DNA of 64,000 bases from Candidatus Bathyarchaeota archaeon. GTDB lineage: Archaea > Thermoproteota > Bathyarchaeia > Bathyarchaeales > Bathycorpusculaceae. The notes beneath the pieces were generated by a model that did not search any database, was not told where the DNA came from, and saw only the letters and a list, made by a program, of their open reading frames with translations. The translations under genes were made by a program, and so were the position numbers. Position 1 is the stretch's first letter. Each line of letters begins with the position of its first letter. Where the stretch lies: contig CAWGZR010000009.1 of NCBI GenBank assembly GCA_963827165.1, positions 224,001-288,000 on the forward strand, given 5' to 3'. Below are positions 1 to 10,025 of the stretch, in pieces.

Positions 1-390
1 TCACCTTTAGACGTGGAATTCCCCAACGCCAACGTGGCCAAGCAAATCATCACAAACCAAACCATACTAAGCCCAACCAACAAAAGTGGGTCGTTGAGCG
101 CTACTTTTTCCCCTTGGAACCTCACAAGCTACTTTTTCAGCCTGAAACTTCAATTCGCAGTCTATATCAACGGCGCATTATACACAGCTCCACTAAGAAC
201 CGACGCTGGCCAAGAAGCGACGTTTTCGGAGGAAATATCAAACGGCGGAACACAACCGGCGATAATCGCGCAGGCACCGGAGTTCCCAATGCAACTATCG
301 ATTCTTGCTTTGTTAATTGCTGCGTTTGCATCTGCCACTTTGACTGTGGCCCTGAGAAAGCGTAAAATAGCCTCATCTTGGCTTTGTTGA
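1..390 (+). CDS. C-terminal part of a surface protein with PEF-CTERM-like sorting signal (5' end outside window)
   Basis: Frame is open from base 1; ends APEFP + hydrophobic TM helix + basic tail (RKRK). Confidence 0.75.
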   Translation, partial: SPLDVEFPNANVAKQIITNQTILSPTNKSGSLSATFSPWNLTSYFFSLKLQFAVYINGALYTAPLRTDAGQEATFSEEISNGGTQPAIIAQAPEFPMQLSILALLIAAFASATLTVALRKRKIASSWLC

Positions 391-458
391 TTGTTGAGAA
401 TTATTGCCTCTTGTTCATTTAGTTTTTTGTATAGGTAATGGTAAAGCCTTTATATTTC

Positions 459-490
459 CAGTAACACGTTTTCAACTGAAAGTGTTACTG
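459..490. promoter_or_regulatory. NikR-type operator: perfect inverted repeat CAGTAACAC-N14-GTGTTACTG
   Basis: Perfect 9-bp inverted repeat (core GTAACA-N16-TGTTAC) between a TATA-like TTTATAT (~449-455) and the start of a Ni/Co permease gene. Confidence 0.7.
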
Positions 491-501
491 AGGGAAAAGA
501 T

Positions 502-1554
502 TTGGCTCAAAACCCATCCACACAAAACCTCACGGGCAACGAAAAGGCAAAAATAGCTATAATCTTCGCTGTCCTAATCGGCATAACCGCTTTCGGGTTC
601 TCAGCAGCCTTCGTCATCGGAAAAATCGCCGTTGTCCTCGCCGGATTAGGCATAGTCGCCTATGTTTTCGGGTTGCGCCACGGCGTAGACGCCGACCACA
701 TCGCAGCCATCGACAATACAACACGCAAACTGATGCAGGAAGGCAAACGCCCCTTCACCGTCGGTATGTGGTTTTCTCTTGGACACTCAACCGTTGTTGT
801 GGCACTAATCGTGGGGTTGGTTGTGGCGACGCGCGCCGTCGCAGGCAACATAGCAGCACTGCAAAGCACCGGCGCAGTTATTGGCACTTTAGTGTCAGGA
901 AGCTTCCTTTGGATCATCGGTTTCATTAACGCCGTCATTGTCATTGGCATCTACAAGATTTTCCAAACCCTAAAGCAAGGGAAACTTAACCAGCAGGAAC
1001 TTGACAATTTGCTGGAGAACCGTGGGTTCATGAACCGCTTTTTCCGTCCCCTCTTCAAAGTCATAAGCAAACCCTGGCAAATCTTCCCAGTCGGGGTGCT
1101 CTTCGGCTTGGGATTCGACACGGCAAGCGAGGTCGCGCTCATCGCAATTAGCGTCGGCATCGGAGTTTCCACAAGCATACCTCTATACTACATCCTAATC
1201 CTCCCGCTCCTATTCACCTGTGGCATGGTAACAGTTGACAGTGCAGACGGCGTCGCAATGCGCCTTGCCTACGGCTGGGCTTTCCTTAATCCCATCCGCA
1301 AAATCTACTACAACCTAACCGTAACAGTCATATCTGTTTTGGTGGCGTGGGCAATCGGTTCCATCGAGTTGCTACAAGTTTTGGCGAGCGAACTTAACCT
1401 TAATGGCGGTTTCTGGAGTTGGCTTAGCGCTTTGAACTTTGAGATGATCGGGTTCGGCATCATCGGTATCTTCGTTTTCAGTTGGCTACTGTCCTTCGGG
1501 TATTGGAGATATAAAAAATACGATAAACTATCGGCTTTCCCACAGATGCAATAA
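502..1554 (+). CDS. HoxN/HupN/NixA (NiCoT) family nickel/cobalt permease
   Basis: Signature motifs GLRHGVDADHIAAIDN, FSLGHSTVV and LFGLGFDTASE; multiple TM helices. Confidence 0.95.
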   Translation: MAQNPSTQNLTGNEKAKIAIIFAVLIGITAFGFSAAFVIGKIAVVLAGLGIVAYVFGLRHGVDADHIAAIDNTTRKLMQEGKRPFTVGMWFSLGHSTVVVALIVGLVVATRAVAGNIAALQSTGAVIGTLVSGSFLWIIGFINAVIVIGIYKIFQTLKQGKLNQQELDNLLENRGFMNRFFRPLFKVISKPWQIFPVGVLFGLGFDTASEVALIAISVGIGVSTSIPLYYILILPLLFTCGMVTVDSADGVAMRLAYGWAFLNPIRKIYYNLTVTVISVLVAWAIGSIELLQVLASELNLNGGFWSWLSALNFEMIGFGIIGIFVFSWLLSFGYWRYKKYDKLSAFPQMQ

Positions 1555-1659
1555 CATCCAACTCAATTTTTTCATGCCGCTGGCTTCCGCCGAAATTCGT
1601 TCAAGCAAAAAACAAAAAAGAAGAGAGAAAATTTCCGATTTTTATTATAGCAGTTTCAA

Positions 1660-2880
1660 CTATATCTTATTCGAAGGGTTTTTTGTTTTCGCTTTCCATG
1701 CGACTGCGGAAACGGTCAATGTAATCATGGCTACTACAACTGATATGAGTGCTACACTGCTGAACTCCGGAACTTTCGGCGTGGAAGTTGAGCCTGTGGG
1801 AGTAGAGGTACCTGTGCTTGACGTGGCTGTTGAGGTTGGGCTGGAAGTGGAAGTTCCACTTGATGGATCTGATACCACCGCTAGTGAGCCCATGCTACCT
1901 GATGTGGAGCCAGGATTATTGATTGCATAGACCGTGCTTGTTCCCGAGTCATAAGCTATGCCGTTGGATGTGCTTGCATAACCGTTAGTATTCACGGTTC
2001 CAACAACACTGTTGCTCGTGTCCGAAATGATTGAGATCGAAGCACCGTTGTTCATGTAAATTTCTCCTTTGTTAGGATTGTATGCCATGGCGCCTAAATT
2101 GGCTGAAGTGGGCAAGTCGATGGTTGCAACAACCTTGTTGGTACTGTCTGATATAACTTGGATATTGTAGCTATCTGAGCCTGTGTTTGAATCGAAAACT
2201 GAGCCTGCAACGAAAATTTCGCCCTTGCCAGAATCGTAGGCTATGTAATAGGGGGAGCCGCTGACTGGTATGGTTGTGGTGACGGCATTTGTATTAGCTG
2301 ATATAACCAAAACACTACTGCTGCCTCCGCTGCCTCCAGACTGTGCTGCAAATATTTCGCTTTTGGATGAATCATCAACAATTCCTGATACATTTTGCGT
2401 AATGTTGGCTATGATGGCGTTACTGCTGTCTGAGATAACTGCGATGGCCCCATTGTAATACATGAATACTTGACCTGTATTGGGATCGAAAGTTGCTTGC
2501 TCTAAACCGTTTGTGTCACTTACGTTTGCAACGATCTGGTTTGTGGTGTCTGAAATGGCGTATGCTCCGGTGGCGTCTGCTACCCATATTTCGCCTTTGA
2601 CGGAATCGTAGGCTAAGTTGAAGGGAGCGCCTGCGTACTGTGTAAGCGCTGTTATGTCTGCGACTTGTTGGTTGGTGCTGTCTGAGATAACTTGGATATC
2701 GCCGCTATCGTAATTGGAGACGAAAATCTCATGCGTGGCGGGATCATATACTACTCCTACAGGAGTAACCTTCGTTGCTATTGTGGTTGTCAATGAGGCG
2801 GCGTGGACTGAGCCAGCTATGGACAACATAAAGATAACTATTGAAAGCAAACCTAAGAGTTTCCAAACCTTGCTTTTCAT
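1660..2880 (-). CDS. YVTN/YncE-type beta-propeller surface protein with PEF-CTERM sorting signal
   Basis: Signal peptide; repeated 'AYD..KGEIFV....VISDSTN.VVA.I' blades; S/T-rich linker; VPEF + TM + basic tail. Start placed at ATG 2880 after a GGTGA RBS. Confidence 0.88.
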   Translation of the reverse strand: MKSKVWKLLGLLSIVIFMLSIAGSVHAASLTTTIATKVTPVGVVYDPATHEIFVSNYDSGDIQVISDSTNQQVADITALTQYAGAPFNLAYDSVKGEIWVADATGAYAISDTTNQIVANVSDTNGLEQATFDPNTGQVFMYYNGAIAVISDSSNAIIANITQNVSGIVDDSSKSEIFAAQSGGSGGSSSVLVISANTNAVTTTIPVSGSPYYIAYDSGKGEIFVAGSVFDSNTGSDSYNIQVISDSTNKVVATIDLPTSANLGAMAYNPNKGEIYMNNGASISIISDTSNSVVGTVNTNGYASTSNGIAYDSGTSTVYAINNPGSTSGSMGSLAVVSDPSSGTSTSSPTSTATSSTGTSTPTGSTSTPKVPEFSSVALISVVVAMITLTVSAVAWKAKTKNPSNKI

Positions 2881-3010
2881 ATTTATTTTTTCACCTTTCA
2901 TTTTGTAGCTTGCACTTGATACGTGAAAGCTAACGCTCAGCTTGTTAATTCCGAATTAATATAAAAGACTTTTCACCAATTAAAAATCCTGAATTCCCGC
3001 CTTTATTTTT

Positions 3011-3160
3011 AGGACTGTCTAATTGTGTATGATAGTGTCTGGACTTGTATGTAGATGTTTAAAAGCGTGTAAGAGTGTATAATATTGTCTTTTTTAGACT
3101 CAACCTGTGAACAATTCAAGTCCCAAACCAAAAAACCATTCTAAAACACAATGGAAAAAA
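3011..3160 (+). repeat. Decamer-array + conserved-motif element, copy A
   Basis: Eight in-register decamers, mostly ending TGT(A/C)T (3011-3090), then CAACCTGTGAACAATTCAAGTCCCAAACCAAAAAACCATTCTAAAACACAA. Confidence 0.75.
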
Positions 3161-3223
3161 ATCTTGTCCAGAAACCATCGGCTTGCCCTTCTGTAGGCTT
3201 CTGTCTTGAAATTTTCAAGCGAT

Positions 3224-3375
3224 TATCTAGCTTTATAGCTTAATCTAGCGCATTTTAGCTTAAAATAGCTTATTTTAGCGCACAGTTGCAATCTATCCAA
3301 GCCCCATTTCAAAAAAGCAGCCCAAAACACAAACAAAAAATTTCTGAACCAAAAAATCGTGAAGACGCCGCCAAA
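3224..3375 (+). repeat. Decamer-array + conserved-motif element, copy B
   Basis: Five in-register decamers ending TAGC(T/G) (3231-3280), then GTTGCAATCTATCCAAGCCCCATTTCAAAAAAGCAGCCCAAAACACAAAC. Confidence 0.8.
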
Positions 3376-3470
3376 TAGAACTTTTGCTGGCTTTCTTTGA
3401 TTTCTATGAGCAATTGACGGGTTTTGACTTTTAGGTTATTTTAGATTTTTAGGTTTCTTTCAGGTTTTGC

Positions 3471-3625
3471 TAAGTGGACTTTAGTGAACGGTAATGGACG
3501 GTAAAGAACGGTAGGGGACGGTAAAAGACGGTAAAGGACGGCAAGGGACGGTAATGGACTTTAAAGGACGGATGCTGCAGCTGACCCAAGTCCCTTTTCA
3601 AGAAGGCAACTCAAAACACAAACTG
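3471..3625 (+). repeat. Decamer-array + conserved-motif element, copy C
   Basis: Ten decamers, consensus GTAAAGGACG (3471-3570), then GCTGCAGCTGACCCAAGTCCCTTTTCAAGAAGGCAACTCAAAACACAAAC. Confidence 0.88.
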
Positions 3626-3777
3626 AAATTTGCCACCAAAATAAACGCCATGATTCAACCTCTTTTAGCCGTGTGAAATGATGGGTGTATAGTTTGGTCG
3701 TATTCGAGCTTGAGGGTGATAAACGTAAAATTGATTAATAAGAAGTGCTTTTGTCATAGCGTTAAGGTGTAAATTGA

Positions 3778-4200
3778 ATGGCAAGCAATGTCGTCGTTAG
3801 AGACATTATGTCGAAAGACGTTAAAACCGTGCGCAACGATACCTCTGTTCAAGAAGTTATCGCGTTGATGAACAAATACGATAAAGACGCAATTCTTGTA
3901 GAGCAGAGTGGAAAGCCAACTGGAATCATAACCGTCAAAGACGTTTTGGTGAGAGCCGTAGAACATGGCGTACCCCTAAACACAATCATTGCAAGAATGG
4001 TCTACACAAACCCACTTGTGACAATTGACGAAAACGCAACCGTTGAAGAAGCAGCGAACCTGATGAAAGAATGGCGAATCAAACACTTACCAATCGTTGA
4101 CAAAAACGGCGCCCTCGTAGGCATGGTAAATGACAGGGACGTAATTTACGCGGTTCCTGCCTTGATGTCTACGATGGAAGAGTTCTGTAGAACAAAATAA
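3778..4200 (+). CDS. CBS-domain pair protein
   Basis: VRDIMS...GIITVKD and HLPIVD..G.LVGMV CBS motifs; stand-alone 140 aa. Confidence 0.92.
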   Translation: MASNVVVRDIMSKDVKTVRNDTSVQEVIALMNKYDKDAILVEQSGKPTGIITVKDVLVRAVEHGVPLNTIIARMVYTNPLVTIDENATVEEAANLMKEWRIKHLPIVDKNGALVGMVNDRDVIYAVPALMSTMEEFCRTK

Positions 4201-4288
4201 GCGCCTACGGTAACCTTTTTTTATCTTTCACAATTTTTAAAAAAATAAAGCAAACGATTTTTCCAAAAAACTATTTGGGAGAGAGAGC

Positions 4289-4579
4289 TTAGGCTTTTTG
4301 TTGTTTAGCCCATTCTTCTTTGACAATTTTTGTAATGTTTTCCAGGTTCGGCTGCGCGGTTAAGTCGGCGATGACATTGTTGAGTTCGTTTTTTATTAGC
4401 AAGGCTAGTTCGCCCGGTCTTAGCGGTTCTGGACGGGTCGATTGATAAACCCGCAAGGCGCGCATGCAAAACTTCACCATGACTTCTTGAAGTTCACTCT
4501 GCAAATCGGTTAGTTCGTTTTTGCTGTTTTTCATAAGTTTGCTGAATCCTTTCGAATCCCAATTTCCTTCTTCTGCCAT
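4289..4579 (-). CDS. Hypothetical helical protein
   Basis: Clean ~96 aa ORF downstream of pyrG on the same strand; charged, coiled-coil-like composition. Confidence 0.7.
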   Translation of the reverse strand: MAEEGNWDSKGFSKLMKNSKNELTDLQSELQEVMVKFCMRALRVYQSTRPEPLRPGELALLIKNELNNVIADLTAQPNLENITKIVKEEWAKQQKA

Positions 4580-4649
4580 TTCCAATCAAATCCTAACGTT
4601 TCATGTAAACGGGTCATAATAGCCTTTTCTAAAAAACGGAGCAATCAAC

Positions 4650-6278
4650 TTAGGAGATGGGGGTTTTGGGTTTCCCAAGCTTCTTGTCGAGGCATGCTTG
4701 GATGAAACCTGCGTATTCGGGTTCGGGTCTCCCCGGTCGGCTTTTGAATTCTCCGTGGAACTGCGAGGCAAAGAAGAAGTATTTATCGGGTAACTCTAGG
4801 GTTTCCATTCGCCGTCCATCGCTGCTTTTGCCTGTAAAACACAATCCATGGTTTTTCTGCGTTTCTTGAAAGTCAAGGTTCACTTCGAAGCGGTGTCGGT
4901 GGCGTTCGTGGATTTCTTCTTGCTGATACATCTTGTAGGCTAAAGTGCCTTTTTGCAGGATAACTTTGTGGGCGCCCAATCGCATCGTTGCACCTTTAAT
5001 CTCTATTCCCCGTTGCTCAGGCATCAAATCGATGACAGGATAATGGGTTTCAGGGTTAATTTCCGTGCTGTTCGCATCTGTCAAGCCGCAAACGTTCCGA
5101 GAAAACTCGATGACAGCAAGCTGGAAACCGTAGCATATGCCAAGGAATGGGATGTCGTTTTCCCGTGCAAACTGGACAGCCAAGATTTTGCCTTCGGTGC
5201 CGCGCGGTCCAAAGCCGTAGGGAACGAAGATGCCGTCGAAGTTTGCTAGGTCTTTGACGCATTGGGGTTCATGCTCCAATTTTTCGGCTTCAAGGTAGCT
5301 GATGCAAACTTTGGTTTTGCATGCGCCGCCGCCGTGGCGAAGCGCTTCAGTCATGCTGACGTAACTGTCAGTCAACCCTGCGTATTTGCCTACAAGTGCG
5401 ATTTTGACTTCATGCTCGGGATGCACTACACCGTCGACGTATTGCTGCCAGACGCTGAAGTCTTTGCCGTCGCATTTGAGGCACAGTCGCTGGCAGATGA
5501 AGTCGCCCATGCCTTGCCCATCCAGAATAAGCGGCACTTGATAGACGGATTCCGCGTTGTAGGAGCAGAAAACTGCGCTCTCAGGGATTGTTCCGAAGAG
5601 AGCTATTTTACGCAGAATTTCGTTGTCAATCATTTTGGGGCTTCGGGCAACTATTGTGTCGGGTTGAACTCCGATTCGACGCAGTTCGTTGACGCTGTGC
5701 TGAAGGGGCTTAGTTTTCATTTCACCCGTGACATCTAAAATCGGCACTAAAGCCACATGAACGTAGAATGTGTTTTCGTAGCCTTCTTCTAGCCGCATCT
5801 GGCGGATAGCTTCCAGAAAAGGCAACCCTTCGATGTCGCCTACTGTACCGCCTACCTCAGTGAGGACAATGTCGGCGTTGACTGCTTTGCCGGCGTTCTT
5901 GATGCGGTTTTTGATTTCGTTAGTTACATGAGGCACGATTTGGACGCATCGCCCCAAAAAATCTCCTCGCCGTTCTTTTTCAATAACGGCTTTGTAAATC
6001 ATACCTGTAGTTAAGTTGTTTTCTTGTTTGAGGCTTAAATCCAGAAATCGTTCGTACCAGCCGAGGTCAAGGTCGGTTTCGCCGCCGTCGTCGGTTACGT
6101 AGACTTCGCCGTGCATGTACGGGTTCATTGTTCCCGCGTCAACGTTCACGTAAGGATCAATTTTTACCACGGTGCATTTTAGGCCTCTTGCCTGAAGCAT
6201 TTTTCCGATGGAAGAAGTCAATATGCCTTTGCCGACGGAACTTAACACGCCTCCCGTGATGAAAATGTACTTAACCAT
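4650..6278 (-). CDS. pyrG: CTP synthase
   Basis: KYIFITGGVLSSVGKG, KIDPYVNVDAGTM, GICYGFQ glutaminase Cys, RHRHRFE. Confidence 0.98.
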   Translation of the reverse strand: MVKYIFITGGVLSSVGKGILTSSIGKMLQARGLKCTVVKIDPYVNVDAGTMNPYMHGEVYVTDDGGETDLDLGWYERFLDLSLKQENNLTTGMIYKAVIEKERRGDFLGRCVQIVPHVTNEIKNRIKNAGKAVNADIVLTEVGGTVGDIEGLPFLEAIRQMRLEEGYENTFYVHVALVPILDVTGEMKTKPLQHSVNELRRIGVQPDTIVARSPKMIDNEILRKIALFGTIPESAVFCSYNAESVYQVPLILDGQGMGDFICQRLCLKCDGKDFSVWQQYVDGVVHPEHEVKIALVGKYAGLTDSYVSMTEALRHGGGACKTKVCISYLEAEKLEHEPQCVKDLANFDGIFVPYGFGPRGTEGKILAVQFARENDIPFLGICYGFQLAVIEFSRNVCGLTDANSTEINPETHYPVIDLMPEQRGIEIKGATMRLGAHKVILQKGTLAYKMYQQEEIHERHRHRFEVNLDFQETQKNHGLCFTGKSSDGRRMETLELPDKYFFFASQFHGEFKSRPGRPEPEYAGFIQACLDKKLGKPKTPIS

Positions 6279-6666
6279 GATTTTCCCCGCAATGAACTAC
6301 ATCTTTCCCTAAGTCGTAATATAACTCTTTTGTGTGCACAGCTGCAAAAATGTGCAGCCACCCATGGTTTAACTCAATAAAATAAGCAACATAATAGGGC
6401 GAGGGCACACTTTTGCGCCTGGAAACACCTTATCGTCGTTTATTTTTCCATTCTACAGAGGAGATTATTTCTGAAAAGATGTGCTGTTTTTGTGTAATTC
6501 GCATGGTTTACTATATTCAGACCGTCTTTCCATGGTTTTCATTTGGCATCATGCTCAACTTGATAAAGCCTTATTTAGGGAAAAAGCCTTTGGCTTATAT
6601 GAGCGAGAGCGTTTTTCAACAGAAATTATTTTGCTCTCACTCTCTAAATTTAGGAGAAAAAACCGA

Positions 6667-9342
6667 TTGGAAAAATCTAAAAGTAAATCTATTGCCATTC
6701 TGATTGCAGCCTTTTTAGCAATTTCAATGGGAACAGCGCTATTACTAACACCGAGCGCCTATGCTCATTCGCCTCCTTTGAATATTCCAACATACGCGTA
6801 CGTCAATGCAGCGCCCAACCCTGCAGGAATAGGCCAAACAATTAACGTCGGCTTCTGGCTCGGCTTACCACCACCCACAGCAAACGGCCCATATGGAGAC
6901 AGATGGCACAACCTTACAGTGATCGTAACGAAACCTGACGGAACCAACCAAACACTGGGATCGTTCACTTCGGATGACACAGGAGGAACCCACACTAATT
7001 TCATCCCATCAACCACCGGCAACTACACTTTCCAAATGAGTTTCCCAGGACAAACCCTAGCAGGCAATAACCTGGCACCAGGAACAACTAGCCCTTTTAT
7101 CGGCGACTATTACCAACCCAGCATCAGCGCACCATTTACGTTGACAGTACAACAGAGCGCAGTGCCGTCAAAAGCTCAGGCATCACTTCCTGCAAACTAC
7201 TGGTCGCGTCCAATAGAATCCGTGAACAGTTTGTGGTACACTATCAGCGGAAGTTGGCTCGGGTTTGGACAATCAACTTTTGCAAGCACTGGACAGTACA
7301 ATGCCACCGCAAGTTATAATCCGTATACGACTGCACCTACGACAGCTCATGTCATGTGGACAACTCCTGAAGCCCTAGGAGGCTTAATCGGAGGGGAATT
7401 TAGCACCGCCAGTAGCCCAGCAACCAATTTCTATTCGACTTCGCAATACGAACCTAAATTTGCACCCGTAGTGATAGCTGGTATACTTTATTACACGCAG
7501 TACCCTGGCGCTTCAACTAACCCAGCAGGCATCGTCGCCGTAGATTTACAAACAGGAAAAACGCTTTGGACCGATAATGCAGCCAATCTCGGTGGAGGCT
7601 CGCCACAGCAAACAGCCTTAACAACGTCTGGAGTTGTTACAGTTCTAAGATGCGGTCAAGTGCTCGACTACGTTACTCCAAACCAATACGGCGCACTAGC
7701 ATACCTCTGGACAACTGGAACCCCTGCGGGAATCGTTACAGGTGCAGGAACAACCACATATAACATGTTTGATGCATTGACTGGACAATACATTCTGAGC
7801 GTTGTTAACGGTAGTGCAATGACGATGACTGAAGATCAAGGCGGAGATTTGATAGGCTACTACATCAACTCAACCACTGCAACCGCGCCAAGGCTAGGCG
7901 AATGGAACTCTACCCAGTGCGTGGAACAAGCCTTCTACGGAGCATCCGCTGCCGGTTGGGAATGGAGACCAACGCAAAACGGAATCGCAGCTTTCTCTCT
8001 TGGAGTCATGTGGACATCACCAATACCCACAACGCTTAACGGCGTCGCTTTGCCATCGATACCAGTTTTCGGCTTCGGATACCTTAACGGCGGAGTTGTT
8101 GTGAACAGCGGCGTAATTTGCTTACAGGCTGCTGGGACCTCAGGTGTATCGGACTTCGAAGGCGGCTACGCAATTGAATTGGGATACAGTACAACAACAG
8201 GTCAAATGCTTTGGATCACTAACAGAACTGAGGCGCCATTTGCAAGAGTGGTCGTTGCAGGCGCAGATGGAAACGGAGTCTTCGCTGAAGTCACCTACGA
8301 AACAAACACAGTTGTCGGATACAGTCTATACACTGGCAAACAACTTTGGGTAACTAATCTTCCCGACCCAAATCCCTATGACAGCATCGGCGGCTACCAA
8401 TCCATCGTTGCAAACGGAGTAATTTACATGTGGAGTTTCGGAGGAAACATCTATGCGATTAGTACAACCAATGGGACAATCATTTGGCATACAGATACAA
8501 ACGCACTCTCTGGCTTCTCTGGGTCTGACACGCCTTACGGTGTATGGCCACTTTGGACTTTCACCTGCGGAAGCATCGCCGACGGAATGCTCTTTGTCCC
8601 TGAAGGACACATGTATAGCCCACCGCTTTTCCGTGGAGCAAGCGAACTGGCAGTAAACCTCGCCACCGGAAAGCTTGTATGGAGCATACTTGGCTTTGAC
8701 ACAACCAGCGGACCAGCAATATCAGACGGAATCATGGCGACAATCAACTCATACGACAACCAAATATACGCTTTCGGCATGGGACCAAGCAAAACCACAG
8801 TCAACGCACCTGACGTCGGCGTCACAACTGCCACGCCCGTAACAATAACTGGTACTGTAACGGACATTTCACCTGGCGCTCAACAAAAAGCAGTTGCAGC
8901 AAACTACCCCAACGGGTTGCCATGCGTTTCCGACTCAAGCATGACACCGTTTATGGAAGCCGTTTATATGCAGCAGCCAATGCCAACCAACATAACCGGA
9001 GTACCAGTCACAATAGCGGTCACAGACAAAAACAATAACTGCTACAATATTGGCACTGTGATGACTGATCCGAACGGATTCTATAGCTTAAACTGGATAC
9101 CAATCATTAGTGGGAACTTTACGGTTACAGCAACTTTCGCCGGCACACAGTCATACTATGGGTCTTCAGCTAATTCAGCATTCTATGCTAGCTCGCCCGC
9201 AACGACAATAGCCCCAACCTCAACACCAAATACTGGAGTAGCCACACAAACAACCCTGATGTACGGAATTGTCGCCATAATCATTGTGATAATCATAATC
9301 GGCGCAGTAATCATGTTGATGCTCAGTAGAAAACGGCCATAA
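6667..9342 (+). CDS. Large PQQ-like beta-propeller repeat surface protein with C-terminal TM anchor
   Basis: Signal peptide after TTG 6667 (AGGAGA RBS); repeated 'DLQTGKTLW / TTGQMLW / ATGKLVW' blades; Ig-like ends; C-terminal TM + RKRP. Confidence 0.88.
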   Translation: MEKSKSKSIAILIAAFLAISMGTALLLTPSAYAHSPPLNIPTYAYVNAAPNPAGIGQTINVGFWLGLPPPTANGPYGDRWHNLTVIVTKPDGTNQTLGSFTSDDTGGTHTNFIPSTTGNYTFQMSFPGQTLAGNNLAPGTTSPFIGDYYQPSISAPFTLTVQQSAVPSKAQASLPANYWSRPIESVNSLWYTISGSWLGFGQSTFASTGQYNATASYNPYTTAPTTAHVMWTTPEALGGLIGGEFSTASSPATNFYSTSQYEPKFAPVVIAGILYYTQYPGASTNPAGIVAVDLQTGKTLWTDNAANLGGGSPQQTALTTSGVVTVLRCGQVLDYVTPNQYGALAYLWTTGTPAGIVTGAGTTTYNMFDALTGQYILSVVNGSAMTMTEDQGGDLIGYYINSTTATAPRLGEWNSTQCVEQAFYGASAAGWEWRPTQNGIAAFSLGVMWTSPIPTTLNGVALPSIPVFGFGYLNGGVVVNSGVICLQAAGTSGVSDFEGGYAIELGYSTTTGQMLWITNRTEAPFARVVVAGADGNGVFAEVTYETNTVVGYSLYTGKQLWVTNLPDPNPYDSIGGYQSIVANGVIYMWSFGGNIYAISTTNGTIIWHTDTNALSGFSGSDTPYGVWPLWTFTCGSIADGMLFVPEGHMYSPPLFRGASELAVNLATGKLVWSILGFDTTSGPAISDGIMATINSYDNQIYAFGMGPSKTTVNAPDVGVTTATPVTITGTVTDISPGAQQKAVAANYPNGLPCVSDSSMTPFMEAVYMQQPMPTNITGVPVTIAVTDKNNNCYNIGTVMTDPNGFYSLNWIPIISGNFTVTATFAGTQSYYGSSANSAFYASSPATTIAPTSTPNTGVATQTTLMYGIVAIIIVIIIIGAVIMLMLSRKRP

Positions 9343-9594
9343 AGGAGAAGGCAAAAAATCCACTTCTTTTTTTTCTTTAATCTTTTTCGGCGTCCCCCGA
9401 AATCGTTGATATTTTGGATTAAATATTTGAAGCCCAAATTTAAGGCGGCCAGCAATTTTCTCTTTCCGAAAATATTCCCCTGCAACATAAGAACAAAGAA
9501 TTTTTTTGGTTTGCTTCCGAGTTAAGGAAAAAAGAGTTCCTTTCCTTCAGAAATATTTTAATTAAGAACACACTAAGTATGAGTGGAGACTAAA

Positions 9595-9828
9595 ATGCCA
9601 AAGGCCTTTGTGTTGATAAATGTGGAATCGGGCTCAGAAGAGGAAGTTCTTCAGCAAATCAAAAAAAGCGAAGGGGTAGAAGAAGCGTATTATTCGTATG
9701 GGGTATACGACATCATAGCCAAAATAAAAGCTGACACTATGGAGAAACTTCGGGAAGCGGTGTCGCAGAAAATGAGAACTATAAACAAAGTCAGGTCGAC
9801 GTTAACGCTGATAATGATGGAAGAATAA
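9595..9828 (+). CDS. Stand-alone Lrp/AsnC ligand-binding (RAM) domain protein
   Basis: AFVLIN...GVEEAY..YGVYDII.K...RSTLT; no HTH domain. Confidence 0.92.
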   Translation: MPKAFVLINVESGSEEEVLQQIKKSEGVEEAYYSYGVYDIIAKIKADTMEKLREAVSQKMRTINKVRSTLTLIMMEE

Positions 9829-10025
9829 GAAACATTTTGGCTCCAAGTTTTTTTCTTCAGATGAGACAAAACTTTCTGTCTAATTCATCAAAGTAATTTG
9901 TAAAGCCCAGTTCAGATTTGACCATTAATCCTTCTTTGCTGGTCAAGCAAGGCGGTGCCGAGTTTCTTTGCATATTGCTTAAAAGGTTAGCTACCGAAAG
10001 GTAAGGGAAGGCTTGCAAATTCAAC

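Noticed and set aside
3471-3570. CRISPR array interpretation of the tandem repeats (also 59551-59640, 61531-61630)
   Set aside because: Units are contiguous decamers with no unique 30-40 bp spacers, and no cas genes are present.
6481-6666. N-terminal extension of the PQQ-like protein in the ORF track
   Set aside because: RBS and signal peptide point to TTG 6667; the extension is AT-rich promoter-like sequence.
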